NCBI GenBank assembly: GCA_001775095.1
Contig: MFCA01000025.1
Location: 181,232 to 245,231 of the forward strand
DNA from: Candidatus Curtissbacteria bacterium RIFOXYA1_FULL_41_14
Lineage (GTDB): Bacteria; Patescibacteriota; Microgenomatia; Curtissbacterales; GWA2-41-24
Length of the DNA: 64,000 bases
Reading direction: 5' to 3'
Shown here: piece after piece, positions 10,012 to 20,465 of the stretch
Layout: every line of letters starts with the position of its first letter
How positions within the stretch are numbered: position 1 is the first letter of the stretch
Translations under genes and position numbers: made by a program
Notes under the pieces: generated by a model
What the model was told of the DNA's origin: nothing
The model's database searches: none
The model's input: the letters and a program-made list of their open reading frames with translations, nothing else

Positions 10012-11000
10012 TTTAGGTTAATTAAACCAGAAAACTCACTACTTCTCAAAATAAAGTCAAGTTCTCTAACTTGGTTAATTGATCTTGAATAATTATTGCT
10101 CCCTGAAAGAATAAAGTTTGTAAACACATCGCCGGTATTTTGGTCGTTATTTTTAAAAAGGATTATTAAAGATGCGAGAGGGGTATCTTTAGGCGGAAAA
10201 TCAAGTGAGGGCGTCTGAGATTTAAGGGTATTGATTAACTCCTGGGCAGCTTCATATGATGAAGTAAAATATATCAAATCCCCCTCTTGAAAAAATACAC
10301 AAGTTAAATCTTCTCCGTTTAAGCTCTGGGGTAATTTAAACAAATACAATTTAATGTTATCTGTTAATTCTTCTTTGTAGGCAGACTCGTCAGATTGAGG
10401 ATCATTGATATCTTTTAAAGCCAAAAAATCTATATTGGGATTTTTAAAAATAAGTGTAAAGTCGGAATTTGGACCGAATACTACAAGATATTGACCTTGG
10501 TCAGAGGCCAGATTCTTTGAAAGCCAAGCGGAAAATTCTTGGGATAAAATTAATCTTGATTTGATAAAAGCTATGAGATTGCCGCTAAAAACCGCCAAGT
10601 TGGTTGAGGTTGGAATTTTAATACTTTTGGCCTCTTGATCTTGTAGAAAAGACGTATTTACTTTACCTTTAAAGGCGATTTTTCCAGGCAAGATATTTAG
10701 ATTTGCTTTAACTGGCGTTGCGAACGTTAGTTTCGCACTGGAAGTGGCATCCAGTTCAAACTCAACTCCCTTGGCAACACTTTGGGGTAATCCTAATTTT
10801 TCTAGAACTTTCAGAAATTCACTTTGGTCATTGTTAGTAATATCGAAATTCAACTTAAATTCATTCTCGTTGGCGATTAGTGTTACCTGACTTGTATTTT
10901 TATTTTGGATAATAACCAGGACAGCTATGAAGATTAAAAAGAGTAAAGTCAGAGAGAGGGACAAAAATCTCCCAACGGGCGGGTGAAGATTTTTCTTCAT
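10008..11000 (-). CDS. Hypothetical membrane-anchored protein
   Basis: 330 aa ORF with N-terminal TM, tightly coupled to pnp and the Lon-like gene. Confidence 0.7.
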   Translation of the reverse strand: MKKNLHPPVGRFLSLSLTLLFLIFIAVLVIIQNKNTSQVTLIANENEFKLNFDITNNDQSEFLKVLEKLGLPQSVAKGVEFELDATSSAKLTFATPVKANLNILPGKIAFKGKVNTSFLQDQEAKSIKIPTSTNLAVFSGNLIAFIKSRLILSQEFSAWLSKNLASDQGQYLVVFGPNSDFTLIFKNPNIDFLALKDINDPQSDESAYKEELTDNIKLYLFKLPQSLNGEDLTCVFFQEGDLIYFTSSYEAAQELINTLKSQTPSLDFPPKDTPLASLIILFKNNDQNTGDVFTNFILSGSNNYSRSINQVRELDFILRSSEFSGLINLK

Positions 11001-11002
11001 GA

Positions 11003-13213
11003 TTAATATCTTTTAGGGGGTCGTCTTCGGTCAAACCCTCTTGGGCGATTTCGATCAAACTTTCTGGGGCTAAAATTTCTTCTTCCACCACTAAAATCTT
11101 GTGGCTGTGAGTCCGCGGCATCTTTACCGAATCTGGCTGACAAATTGACTCTCCCTTGATCGTCTACTTCGACAACTCTGACTTTAAGCTCCTGTCCAAT
11201 CTGAACCACATCTTCAACTTTGTTAACCCTGTAGGGGGCAAGTTGCGAAATATTAACCAAACCTTCTTTCCCCGGAAGGATTTCAACCATCGCTCCAAAT
11301 GGAAGAATTCTGGTCACCTTGCCTTGATATTCCTCTCCGGGTTTAGCTTCTTTAACGATTCCCTCAACCCATTCTGCCGCTTTTTTACAAGCTTGAGGGT
11401 CTTTACCGCTTATTGTCACTGTTCCTTCATCGTTGATGTCGATTGCACTACCGGTAGCGGCAATAATCTTGTTTATTGTTCTTCCTCCCGAACCGATCAC
11501 CTCGCCGATTTTTGCTGGATCGATTTTAACTAAAATAACAGTAGGTGCAAATTTAGAGATTTTTTCTCTAGATATTGGAATAGCCTTGAGAATTTTTTCT
11601 AGAATGGAAAGTCGGGCAATTTTTGCTTTTTCAACTGCTTCCTTAACGATCTTAATAGGAATACCATCTAGTTTGATATCCATCTGGATTGCAGTTATTC
11701 CCTTAGATGTGCCGGCTATCTTAAAATCCATATCTCCCTGAGCATCTTCCTGATAAGCAATATCGGTTAAAAGAACATATTTTGAGGGATTTTTCTTATC
11801 TGTTACCAAACCAATTGAAATTCCGGCTACTGGTTCTTTAATCGGGACTCCGGCATCCATTAATGCCAACGTTGACCCACAACTTGCCGCCATAGAAGTT
11901 GATCCGGCTGAAGATAAAACTTCTGAAACGACTCTTATAGTGTAAGGGAATACATCTGTGGAAGGTAATACCGGTACAAGTGCTTTTTCGGCCAGTGCGC
12001 CATGTCCAATTTCCCTTCTTCCAGGCGGGCCCAATCTTCGAACTTCGCCTGCCGAAAAGGGAGGAAAGTTGTAGTGATGCATATACTTTTTGGTATTTTC
12101 TCCTTCCATATGTTCTATCAGTTGTTCCAGAGCCGGCGACCCTAAGGTTACGATTGAGAGCACTTGAGTTTCGCCTCTTTGGAAAAGGCCTGAACCATGA
12201 GTTCTTGGTAGAAGACTAACCTTGGCAGTAATTGGACGAATTTCATCAGGGGTGCGGCCATCAGTTCGCTTTTGACCCGCAAGAATTTTTTCCCTCAAGA
12301 AATCGGCAACAACCTCCTCTAAAGCACGGGCGAGCTGTTTTGAAGTAATTTCACTACTGTCATCTTTGACAAATTCCTCCTCAAGAAGTTTTAGTGACTC
12401 GTCAAACCATTTTTCATCTTGTGAAATGCCTGGTTTTTCCAGGTCTTTGATAATTTCTCTCTCAATAAAGTCTTTTACTTGCTTCTGGACAGTGACTTCG
12501 AGTTTATCCGGCTTATATTGTTGTTTTTCAACACCTGCTTCCTTGGTAAAATCGACTATAAGATCACTTACCTGTTTGTTTTTTTCAAGACCAAATTCAA
12601 TTGCACCCACGATTGACTTTTCATCTGTCTGATTGGCTCCAGCTTCAATCATGACGACTTCGTTTTCAGAAGACACCAGAACTAAATCAAGATTGGAAAA
12701 CTCTTCTTCACTTTCCGTTGGGTTTATGAAATAACCGCCGTTCTGTTGACCAACTCTGCATCCTGCTATTGGACCATTCCAAGGGATATCCGAAATAGAA
12801 AGAGCGGCTGAAGTCGCTATCAGTGCAAGAATATCCGGATCGTTCTCCTGATCAACAGAAAGAACAGTAATGATAACCTGAACCTCTGCCTGATAGTCTT
12901 TAGGAAAAAGTGGTCTTATGGAACGATCGATTAGCCTGGAAGTTAAAACGGCTTTTTCCGTGGGACGACCTTCACGTTTGATGAATCTGGAGGTTGAAAT
13001 TTTTCCCCCGGCATAAAGCTTTTCTTCATAATCTACGGCGAGAGGAAAAAAGTCTACGTCTGGTGAGGCTGGTTGAGAAACAACGGTTGCCAGTACTACA
13101 GTTTCCCCGTAGGTTGCCAGGATTGCCCCGTTTGCGTGAAGTGCTAGCTCTCCTGTTTCAAGAGTTAGCTTTCTACCTGCAAGTTCAATTTCTTTGTGAA
13201 CAACTTTTTGCAT
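11003..13213 (-). CDS. pnp: Polyribonucleotide nucleotidyltransferase
   Basis: FFPLAVDYEEK, RLIDRSIRPLFP, GRREIGHGALAE, GDMDFKIAG, KH and S1 domains; start taken at ATG13213 (MQKVVHK) rather than TTG13270. Confidence 0.97.
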   Translation of the reverse strand: MQKVVHKEIELAGRKLTLETGELALHANGAILATYGETVVLATVVSQPASPDVDFFPLAVDYEEKLYAGGKISTSRFIKREGRPTEKAVLTSRLIDRSIRPLFPKDYQAEVQVIITVLSVDQENDPDILALIATSAALSISDIPWNGPIAGCRVGQQNGGYFINPTESEEEFSNLDLVLVSSENEVVMIEAGANQTDEKSIVGAIEFGLEKNKQVSDLIVDFTKEAGVEKQQYKPDKLEVTVQKQVKDFIEREIIKDLEKPGISQDEKWFDESLKLLEEEFVKDDSSEITSKQLARALEEVVADFLREKILAGQKRTDGRTPDEIRPITAKVSLLPRTHGSGLFQRGETQVLSIVTLGSPALEQLIEHMEGENTKKYMHHYNFPPFSAGEVRRLGPPGRREIGHGALAEKALVPVLPSTDVFPYTIRVVSEVLSSAGSTSMAASCGSTLALMDAGVPIKEPVAGISIGLVTDKKNPSKYVLLTDIAYQEDAQGDMDFKIAGTSKGITAIQMDIKLDGIPIKIVKEAVEKAKIARLSILEKILKAIPISREKISKFAPTVILVKIDPAKIGEVIGSGGRTINKIIAATGSAIDINDEGTVTISGKDPQACKKAAEWVEGIVKEAKPGEEYQGKVTRILPFGAMVEILPGKEGLVNISQLAPYRVNKVEDVVQIGQELKVRVVEVDDQGRVNLSARFGKDAADSQPQDFSGGRRNFSPRKFDRNRPRGFDRRRPPKRY

Positions 13214-13372
13214 CGAATATAGTAATTTATGGAGAATTTGGAGCGTTAGAAATCGGGTATTAAGAGCCAAAACCTTGATTCTTACTACTCAACTTCCAAC
13301 AGCCCAATTCCCTTTCTTTGCTTATAAAACCTGTATTATTATACGTTAAATTAAGATAGATAGCAAGTTAGT

Positions 13373-13642
13373 TTACTTGGGTAGTCCTAATTTACCAATA
13401 ATATCTTTATACCTTTCTGGGGCTTTTCTGGTCAGATAATGAAGGAGTCTGCGTCTTTTGTTAATCATCGATAATAGACCCCTTCGAGAATGATCGTCAT
13501 GGCCATGAGATTTTAGATGGGCACCAACATTTTGAATCCGCTGAGAAAGCAGGGCTACTTGAACTTCCGGTGAGCCGGTATCACCCTCGTGGGTTTTAAA
13601 TTTGTCAATTACTTGCTTTTTATTCTCGGCAGTTTTAGCCAT
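13373..13642 (-). CDS. rpsO: 30S ribosomal protein S15
   Basis: [22 protein letters not shown]; upstream of pnp. Confidence 0.97.
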   Translation of the reverse strand: MAKTAENKKQVIDKFKTHEGDTGSPEVQVALLSQRIQNVGAHLKSHGHDDHSRRGLLSMINKRRRLLHYLTRKAPERYKDIIGKLGLPK

Positions 13643-13669
13643 ATAAGTAACTTAGGATGATACTATAAA

Positions 13670-14599
13670 TTAATTCTCTCTGTCAAAGGATTTTGACCCT
13701 TTATAAATTCTCGGTGGTTTCAGCCAATTCCGTGAGACAGCTGCATTTTTATATTCTTGTTTACTTTCAATTTCTTGTATCTTGGGAGTTCTATCCAAAA
13801 TATCAGGTTCAGTAACAGTTGAGGGTTGATAAGTTGGTTCTTGAGTATTTGACATTCTGGCAAAGCTTGACCTTGATACTCCAAATTTTAATAACCAGGC
13901 GGCTATTTCAAGTGCCTGTGAATTAATCCTTCCGGGAGAAAAATTCTGGGTCCCTTCAGATATCCCCGTATAAAGGTTGTAGGCTATGTCCTCGTTTACC
14001 GGTAATGCCAAATCCTGGATCATTTTGGCAGTTAATTCGCTAATTGTTGCAGCTTGGGGATCGTTTATATTAACCTGAGCAAATTTTTGATTCAATGTGC
14101 CTTTGCAAATATTTATAATGAAAGCTTCTGAACTAATATTTTGTTCGTGAGTAATTTGACTGCGCAAATCTTCTTGGGAGTCAAAGCCAATAGAAAAAAT
14201 CAAGTCTGCTTGTGTTATTGTCTCCTTTAATCTAATTTGATCTTTGCTTATTCCTCTTGATCCGGGAATTGGATGAATAAGTATTTTCAGTTGATTTCCT
14301 TCTAAAAAATAAGTTACCTTATCAACATTTTCTACCGCATCGTCAATTAAAACAGTTAAGCCACTTTTTCCTTGGGTCTTACCAATTTTATCTACCCCAT
14401 AAATCTTTTGAGCATCGGCAACTGAAGGAATACGAGAAAATATTGAAACATTTTTACCAAGTTTGACTAGAGAAAGATATAACGCAAGACCCGAAGCAAG
14501 TCCGTCCAGTTGTGAAGAATCGGAAACAACAATAGACACAGAGCCTGCTTTAGTAATTTTTTCCAATGCCTTTTCGTTCGAATTTTGATCCATTGCCAT
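13670..14599 (-). CDS. Degenerate DHH/NrnA-like protein
   Basis: DGLASGLAL, ATISEL, IAYNLYTGI match DHH-fold segments, but the DHH motif is replaced (INICKG). Confidence 0.6.
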   Translation of the reverse strand: MAMDQNSNEKALEKITKAGSVSIVVSDSSQLDGLASGLALYLSLVKLGKNVSIFSRIPSVADAQKIYGVDKIGKTQGKSGLTVLIDDAVENVDKVTYFLEGNQLKILIHPIPGSRGISKDQIRLKETITQADLIFSIGFDSQEDLRSQITHEQNISSEAFIINICKGTLNQKFAQVNINDPQAATISELTAKMIQDLALPVNEDIAYNLYTGISEGTQNFSPGRINSQALEIAAWLLKFGVSRSSFARMSNTQEPTYQPSTVTEPDILDRTPKIQEIESKQEYKNAAVSRNWLKPPRIYKGSKSFDREN

Positions 14600-14658
14600 T
14601 TGCTCCTGAGTACTATTCTTATGCAGCTAATGCTTCAATTTAGCGTGTAAGTACATTT

Positions 14659-16092
14659 TTAACCCAAAGATTCTATTATATCTCCTTCTTTAAAGTCAAG
14701 AGCTGGATCTATTCCTAGCCCACAGTCCTGACCATTAGATACAGATTCAATGTTTTTCTTGAATCGTTTAAGAGAAATTATTTTTGTTTCCATAGAGGAA
14801 CCATCGGCTCTTTTGACTACAATGTTATCGCCATTTTTTAATTTGCCATGGGTAACCATAACACCGGCGATTTTTTTCCCTTCGATATCAAAACTGGCGA
14901 CTATTTTTGCCCGGCCAGTGATTTTTAATTCCTGTTTAGCTTTTTCAAAACCAACAACAACATCTTCTATGTCAGATAAAAGATCATAGATGACGTTATA
15001 TTTTTTTATAATAACTCCCTCTTTGTCTGCCTGAGAATTCGCTGCTTTATCGACCCGGACATTGAAAGCAAGTATTGGGGCTTGAGCGACTTTAGCAGTT
15101 GTGATATCAGCTTGGGTAACTTCTCCAACCCCGGCGGAAACTACCAGTAAATTCTCAGGTAAATTGGTAAGTATAGCCTCGAGTGAGCCAGTTACATCAG
15201 CTTTAATAATAACCTTGAACTTGGCCCGTGATTCTTCTGCTTTGGCAATAATGTCAGCAAACGAGGCAGATTTTTGGCTTTCGTGAGTTTTCGTTATAGT
15301 TAAATCATGAACAATACTTCCCACCTCTAAAACTTTTTTGAACCCCAATACCTCAACTGGTTTCCCTGGTTCAGCTTGCGGAATGTTTTTACCCCTATCG
15401 TCAATCAGTGCTTTTACAGTAATTGTCTCATTGTCTTTTTTAATCTTTTGTCCTAATTTGAGAGTGCCTTCTTTAATAATGACGGTGTTCACAGAACCTC
15501 GATTTTTGTCCAAAAAGGATTCAACGACAACTGCCTCAAGCGGGGCATCCGGAAGTGATTGTTGAGGTGATAACTGCCACAGAAGAAGGATCATTTCTAA
15601 TAAATCTTCAATACCTTTGCCTTTTGGAGCCGATACTTCAACAGTTGGAACTTTCCCGCCAAAACTCTCCACGATAATTCCCTCTCTTTCCAGTTCTTTC
15701 TTGACCTTTTCGAGGTTAATATTGGGAAGATCAGTTTTAGTAAATGCGACAATTGCCGGCTTATTAGCATTTTGGGCATGTTTGATGGCTTCAACCGTCT
15801 GAGGTTTAACTCCTTCAGTCGCAGCAACAACCAAAATAACAATATCAGCAACTTCAGCGCCGCGGGAACGCATTTTTTCAAATGCAGCGTGACCCGGGGT
15901 ATCAACAAACGTGATTGGTTTATCCTGAAAAGTTATTTGGTAGGCACCAATATGTTGAGTGATTCCGCCATGTTCGCGTCCTACAATATTGGTCTTGCGG
16001 ATCGCGTCAAGAAGAGTTGTTTTCCCATGATCAACATGACCCATTAAGGTCACAATTGGCGGTCGAAAATTGTCTTTTTCCTGCTTTTCCAT
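14659..16092 (-). CDS. infB: Translation initiation factor IF-2 (short, no N-terminal domain)
   Basis: RPPIVTLMGHVDHGKTTLLD, GGITQHIGAY, DTPGHAAF, IKADVTGSLEA. Confidence 0.96.
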   Translation of the reverse strand: MEKQEKDNFRPPIVTLMGHVDHGKTTLLDAIRKTNIVGREHGGITQHIGAYQITFQDKPITFVDTPGHAAFEKMRSRGAEVADIVILVVAATEGVKPQTVEAIKHAQNANKPAIVAFTKTDLPNINLEKVKKELEREGIIVESFGGKVPTVEVSAPKGKGIEDLLEMILLLWQLSPQQSLPDAPLEAVVVESFLDKNRGSVNTVIIKEGTLKLGQKIKKDNETITVKALIDDRGKNIPQAEPGKPVEVLGFKKVLEVGSIVHDLTITKTHESQKSASFADIIAKAEESRAKFKVIIKADVTGSLEAILTNLPENLLVVSAGVGEVTQADITTAKVAQAPILAFNVRVDKAANSQADKEGVIIKKYNVIYDLLSDIEDVVVGFEKAKQELKITGRAKIVASFDIEGKKIAGVMVTHGKLKNGDNIVVKRADGSSMETKIISLKRFKKNIESVSNGQDCGLGIDPALDFKEGDIIESLG

Positions 16093-16126
16093 AATTTAAA
16101 ATGTCCTGTGGCAAAAAGGCTTTCAT

Positions 16127-17458
16127 TTAAGTAGTCTTGTCACCACTGGCATTTCCGTCTGCCGGCGGATTTGCGTTTTCATCTTGGTTTACAACCGCTG
16201 ATTCATCAGTGTCTTCAGTCTTGTTTTCAGTGTCCTGGGTGTTTGCAGCTTTCGATATACTCGATACTTTTGGTAACTTTGGCTCTTCTGGCTCTTTTGT
16301 CACTTTTGTACCCTTTATACCTTTGTCTTTCTGATTCGTTGACTGTACTTGATCATCGGTTACAACAGGTGCTTGCCGACCGCCTTTACCGCTTGATTTT
16401 TCTATCGCTCCCTTCTCCTTTACCTTTGGTACTTTTAGTCCCTTTTCAACTACTCCTAAGGCTTTCTTTGCTTTAGCTTGAGCTTCCTTTTCTTTAGCTT
16501 CTACTTCTTTTGGCAGACCGCTTTTACCACGAATATCAATTCTATAACCGGTGAGTCGTGCAGCAAGTCTAACGTTTTGACCCTCTTTGCCAATAGCCAG
16601 AGATAACTGATCGTCAGGTGAAATAACTTCGGCAGTTTTTTCTTTTTCATTGATATTCACCTGTAAATCCTTTGCTGGTGAAAGAGCCGCTTTAATAAAT
16701 TCGACCGGGTCATCCTGGTAGGCAATCACATCTATTTTTTCATCCCCGAGTTCATTTATTACTGCTTGAACCCTAACTCCTTTTTGACCAACACAAGACC
16801 CTACAGGATCCACACCTAATTGATTAGAGGCAACTGCTATTTTAGAACGCGATCCTGCCTCTCTTGCGATCACCTTGATTTGAACGGATCCCTGAGCAAT
16901 TTCCGGAACTTCTTGCTTGAAGAGACCTTCCACCAAACCATTTACAGCTCTTGAAACAATAATTTCTTCGCCTCTTGCGCCTTCCTTAATCCCAACAACA
17001 TAGAACTTTAAGCGCTGGTTTATGTGGTAGTTTTCGCCGTGAGATTGCTCTGCCGGTGGCATAATTCCTTCGGCCTTTCCTAAATTAACGGTGATCACCG
17101 GCCCAGATATTCGCTGAATCATGCCTGAAATAACGGTATCAATTTTGGAAGAATACTCCTGCAAAATTGCATTTTTTTCGGCTTCTCGAATACGCTGCAG
17201 AATTACCTGCTTGGCGGTCTGAGCAGCAATTCGGCCAAAGCCAGGTGGGGTGATATTTTTCTTGCCTTTGGCAAGTTTTACTTCTCCGGAATTAGCGTCA
17301 AGATCGACAACAATATCATCGGGTTCACCGTAATCTTTACGGTAAGCAGCTAGAATTGCTTGCTTAATTGATTCCAGAACAACTTCCGGCTCAATCCCGC
17401 GTTCAGAACATACTTGATTCAGGGCAGATGCAAATTCGGTTCTTGCTTGTATAGCCAT
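16127..17458 (-). CDS. nusA: Transcription factor NusA with low-complexity C-tail
   Basis: FGRIAAQTAKQVI, AREAGSRSKIAV, DPVGSCVGQKG, LSLAIGKEGQNVRLAARLTG. Confidence 0.97.
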   Translation of the reverse strand: MAIQARTEFASALNQVCSERGIEPEVVLESIKQAILAAYRKDYGEPDDIVVDLDANSGEVKLAKGKKNITPPGFGRIAAQTAKQVILQRIREAEKNAILQEYSSKIDTVISGMIQRISGPVITVNLGKAEGIMPPAEQSHGENYHINQRLKFYVVGIKEGARGEEIIVSRAVNGLVEGLFKQEVPEIAQGSVQIKVIAREAGSRSKIAVASNQLGVDPVGSCVGQKGVRVQAVINELGDEKIDVIAYQDDPVEFIKAALSPAKDLQVNINEKEKTAEVISPDDQLSLAIGKEGQNVRLAARLTGYRIDIRGKSGLPKEVEAKEKEAQAKAKKALGVVEKGLKVPKVKEKGAIEKSSGKGGRQAPVVTDDQVQSTNQKDKGIKGTKVTKEPEEPKLPKVSSISKAANTQDTENKTEDTDESAVVNQDENANPPADGNASGDKTT

Positions 17459-17492
17459 TTTTTAGGTTTATTTTTCTTAAGAATTTATTATT

Positions 17493-17518
17493 AAAAAAGG
17501 TGGACTTTCGGCCCACCT
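17493..17518 (-). terminator. nusA leader hairpin + U-tract (attenuator-like)
   Basis: Minus strand AGGTGG GCCGAAAGT CCACCT TTTTT between the promoter and the nusA start; resembles the conserved rimP-nusA leader terminator. Confidence 0.65.
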
Positions 17519-17544
17519 AGGTCGCTTACCTAAAATGCACTGGA

Positions 17545-17573
17545 ATTTTAGCAAAATGCCTAAGAATAGTCAA
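17545..17573 (-). promoter_or_regulatory. sigma70-type promoter of nusA operon
   Basis: TTGACT-N17-TAAAAT with TG extension on the minus strand. Confidence 0.65.
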
Positions 17574-17603
17574 TCAAGCTAAGAGCTATAATTAGATTTT
17601 AAG

Positions 17604-18983
17604 ATGCTAAATTCTCTGATTACTCTTGCGGTCTCGTCGGTTGCTTTCTTGCGGACGATTGATGGATTTCCTTTGAGGAATTGGGACGAGGCTTGGTATG
17701 CTGAAGAAATTAAGAATATGGCCGTTGGTTCTTACAGTTTATTGGCAACATTTTGGAATGGTCATTATTACTTTGATAAGCCTCCTCTTTATTTCTGGCT
17801 TTCTTTACCCATCGTTGAATTTTTTGGATTAGGCCAATGGCAAGTCAGACTTGTTACAGTTTTATCGGCGATTTTTGCCTCGATACTTATCTATCTTATT
17901 GGCAAAAAACTTTTTAATGCTACTGTCGGAATAATTTCTTTTGTCGTCTTTGTCAGTCTTGGTCAGGTTGTTATCAGATTCGCTCATGGTAATTTAGATG
18001 CTCTTTTGGTTTTAATGTTTCTAACCTCATTTTATTTTTATCTTGTCTCCTTACAAAAAAGGGTGTTCGCGCCGATTTGCGGAATCGCACTGGGTTTTGG
18101 GTTTTTAGTCAAAGGATGGTTTATTGGCCTTTATCCCGCATTAATAATTTTTCTCTGGTCACTTTTCACCCAGAGAAAAATACCTCGCAATTTCATATTA
18201 ATCATGGTTTTTGCCTTAATTTCGTCTTCCTGGTATTTCATTTTAGGAACTTTAAGATTTGGTGAATCATTTTTCAATTGGTACCTTTTAAATCCTACGG
18301 GAGGACTTCTAAAGTCACCATTTGCCTCTTTCTCGCTTACTTATTTCAGGGACTTGGGACAAGATATCGGTTTTTGGTGGATTCCGATAGTCATTTTTAT
18401 ATTCAAATTTAGAAAAATAGCACAGGCTGAGAGGAAAGTGTTGATGACATTTTTAGTATCAATCCTGGCGTTTATAATCCCTCTTAATTTTCTTTCTGAA
18501 AAATTGGGCTGGTACAATTTGCCGACTTACCCTTTAGTTGCCATAATAGTCGCTTTTGTTTTGGAAAAGCTTTATCGAAAATCTGCCAAAGCGACTATCA
18601 TTTTGATTGGTGTGATTTTGATCTTGCAAATTTTTAATATTAATCGTATTGAAAATATTTATCCGGATAGGTCGAAAGTTGGAGCAAACTTAGGGCTTTT
18701 TGCCCAAAAACTTATCCCAAAAGAAGATACGGTTGTACTTGATGACCATGATTTCACGGCTTTTCTTTTTTATTCAAATCACGGGAAGGTTTTTGTTGTA
18801 GATAGTGAGGGACCAAAACCCGGTGAGTGGTGGATACTTAAATATGACCAACTGGCGATGTTTCTTCTGGACAATCCCAAAACTTGGATTGTTACACCAA
18901 ATTTAGAAAATCTGCCGTTTGAAGTAAAGAGCGAGCAAGTCGCCGGCAATCTCGGGGGCTACAGCTTCATCAAACTTTATTAG
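17604..18983 (+). CDS. ArnT/PMT-like (GT-C) glycosyltransferase
   Basis: NWDEAWY, YFDKPPLYFWL, GFLVKG, multiple TMs. Confidence 0.85.
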   Translation: MLNSLITLAVSSVAFLRTIDGFPLRNWDEAWYAEEIKNMAVGSYSLLATFWNGHYYFDKPPLYFWLSLPIVEFFGLGQWQVRLVTVLSAIFASILIYLIGKKLFNATVGIISFVVFVSLGQVVIRFAHGNLDALLVLMFLTSFYFYLVSLQKRVFAPICGIALGFGFLVKGWFIGLYPALIIFLWSLFTQRKIPRNFILIMVFALISSSWYFILGTLRFGESFFNWYLLNPTGGLLKSPFASFSLTYFRDLGQDIGFWWIPIVIFIFKFRKIAQAERKVLMTFLVSILAFIIPLNFLSEKLGWYNLPTYPLVAIIVAFVLEKLYRKSAKATIILIGVILILQIFNINRIENIYPDRSKVGANLGLFAQKLIPKEDTVVLDDHDFTAFLFYSNHGKVFVVDSEGPKPGEWWILKYDQLAMFLLDNPKTWIVTPNLENLPFEVKSEQVAGNLGGYSFIKLY

Positions 18984-19012
18984 CAACTACAAGGTCGGAC
19001 CTCGTTGTGCTT

Positions 19013-19040
19013 TCTTCGACTTCGCTCAGGATAAATTCTC
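19013..19040. repeat. Small palindromic element (CTTCGACTTCGCTCAGGATAAA family, type B) overlapping the dnaJ stop codon
   Basis: ttcttcgacttcgctcaggataaattctc; related to 51293-51318 (reverse), the nested layers at 53029-53121 and 63461-63489. Confidence 0.6.
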
Positions 19041-19871
19041 CAATTCCTCGAGTAAACGTTTTTGGTCACGATTTAATCTACTTGGAACATGAATTCTGAT
19101 TATGACGTAGTGGTCGCCTTGGCCGTGGCCGGAGACGCGGCGGATGCCTTTGCCACGCAAGCGGATTTGAGTACCGGCGCCAGTGCCAGAGGGAATACGA
19201 ATTTTGACAGGTCCGTCAATCGTCTCAATGTCCTTAACTGTCCCCAGTGCCGCTTGAGAAAAAGAAATTTCTTCCTCAGATATAACATCGTAGCCTCTTC
19301 TTTTAAATTTTCTGTGAGGAGATACCTGACACACAATTACAAAGTTTGAAAAGCGAATTTCCGAACCGTCATCAACACCGGGGGGAATTTTAATCTTTTG
19401 TCTCTTGCCTTCAATTTCAACTTCTTTGGCGACCCCGTGAACCGCTTCCATAAAATCTAAGTTGAGCACGTAGCGGGGCAAGCGGGCTTGACGGCCAAAT
19501 GGTGATCTTTCGCCAAAAACCATTTCAAAAATATCAAAAGGGTCGGCAAATCCGCCAGAATCAAAACCGCCGAAGTCGCCGCTTGACCAACTATAAGTTC
19601 GAAAACCGCCCCCGCCAGGTGGAGCACCAGCACCGCCAAATCCACCGCCGGGTTGAAAGGCAGAATGGCCGAATTGATCGTAAGCTCCCTTTTTCTGAGG
19701 ATCTGAAAGAACTTGGTAAGCTTCGTTTATTTCCTTGAACTTTTCCTCTGCACCGGCCGATTTATCAACGTCAGGATGATGCTTACGCGCCTTAGTACGA
19801 TATGCCTTTTTTAGTTCGTCGGGACTTGCATTTTTCCCGACACCAAGAACTTCGTAATAGTCTTTTTTCAT
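19026..19871 (-). CDS. dnaJ: DnaJ-class chaperone lacking the zinc finger (type II/CbpA-like)
   Basis: J-domain with HPD, G/F-rich region, C-terminal domain; no CxxCxGxG repeats; in the dnaK operon. Confidence 0.9.
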   Translation of the reverse strand: MKKDYYEVLGVGKNASPDELKKAYRTKARKHHPDVDKSAGAEEKFKEINEAYQVLSDPQKKGAYDQFGHSAFQPGGGFGGAGAPPGGGGFRTYSWSSGDFGGFDSGGFADPFDIFEMVFGERSPFGRQARLPRYVLNLDFMEAVHGVAKEVEIEGKRQKIKIPPGVDDGSEIRFSNFVIVCQVSPHRKFKRRGYDVISEEEISFSQAALGTVKDIETIDGPVKIRIPSGTGAGTQIRLRGKGIRRVSGHGQGDHYVIIRIHVPSRLNRDQKRLLEELENLS

Positions 19872-19877
19872 GAATTC

Positions 19878-20023
19878 AAAATTTCTAATTTCTAAATCCT
19901 AAATCCTAAATAAATCCAAATATCAAAATACAAAATACAAAATAATTTTAGTGCAAATTCCCCTTTTTTGCACATTTGAATTTTGAAATTGTTTAGAGTT
20001 TAGAATTTAGAGTTTAGGATTTG
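19878..20023. repeat. Heptamer-built inverted-repeat element
   Basis: tttctaa/atcctaa units on the left, ttagagt/ttaggat units on the right; similar to 27668-27806 and 32254-32383. Confidence 0.75.
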
Positions 20024-20024
20024 A

Positions 20025-20456
20025 TTAGTTGGAGACTTTCTTGCCAGCCAAATCCTGTCCGCCATATGTCGCTGTAGTCTTGTTGACTTTAAACCCTAAC
20101 TCTCCAACTTTCTGATTGTCTGCTAAGATTTCAAATCTGTAGAGGCCGGCGTGCTGCAGGGGAAAATTAACCAATTCCGTTAGCAAATTAGCTTTGCCGT
20201 TTTGGCCAAGCCTCAGGTTTAATTCTTTAGCTGGAAATTCCGGCTGGCCTTTTTCGGGCGGGATGAGCTTTAACTTTAAGGAATACTCCTGGCCTGGTTC
20301 GCCTTTTAGGACCGCAACCAAAAACATCCGAGGCCAGGTGGTCGGCAGATTGGCTACAAAAAACTGGTCAAAAACGCCGATTATAGAAAGTTTTTGCTCT
20401 TGGGAAACGGACGCATGATCACAAAGTACAAATAGTTCTGTTGAAAGTTTTGCCAT
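20025..20456 (-). CDS. Conserved hypothetical protein (DUF6941-like) between dnaK and dnaJ
   Basis: FVLCDHA...KLSIIGVFD...GLYRFEI beta-rich pattern. Confidence 0.65.
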   Translation of the reverse strand: MAKLSTELFVLCDHASVSQEQKLSIIGVFDQFFVANLPTTWPRMFLVAVLKGEPGQEYSLKLKLIPPEKGQPEFPAKELNLRLGQNGKANLLTELVNFPLQHAGLYRFEILADNQKVGELGFKVNKTTATYGGQDLAGKKVSN

Positions 20457-20465
20457 TTGTCATCC

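Noticed and set aside
3564-16092. Short AlaRS and IF2 as pseudogenes
   Set aside because: Core motifs are intact with clean ends; consistent with domain trimming in reduced genomes
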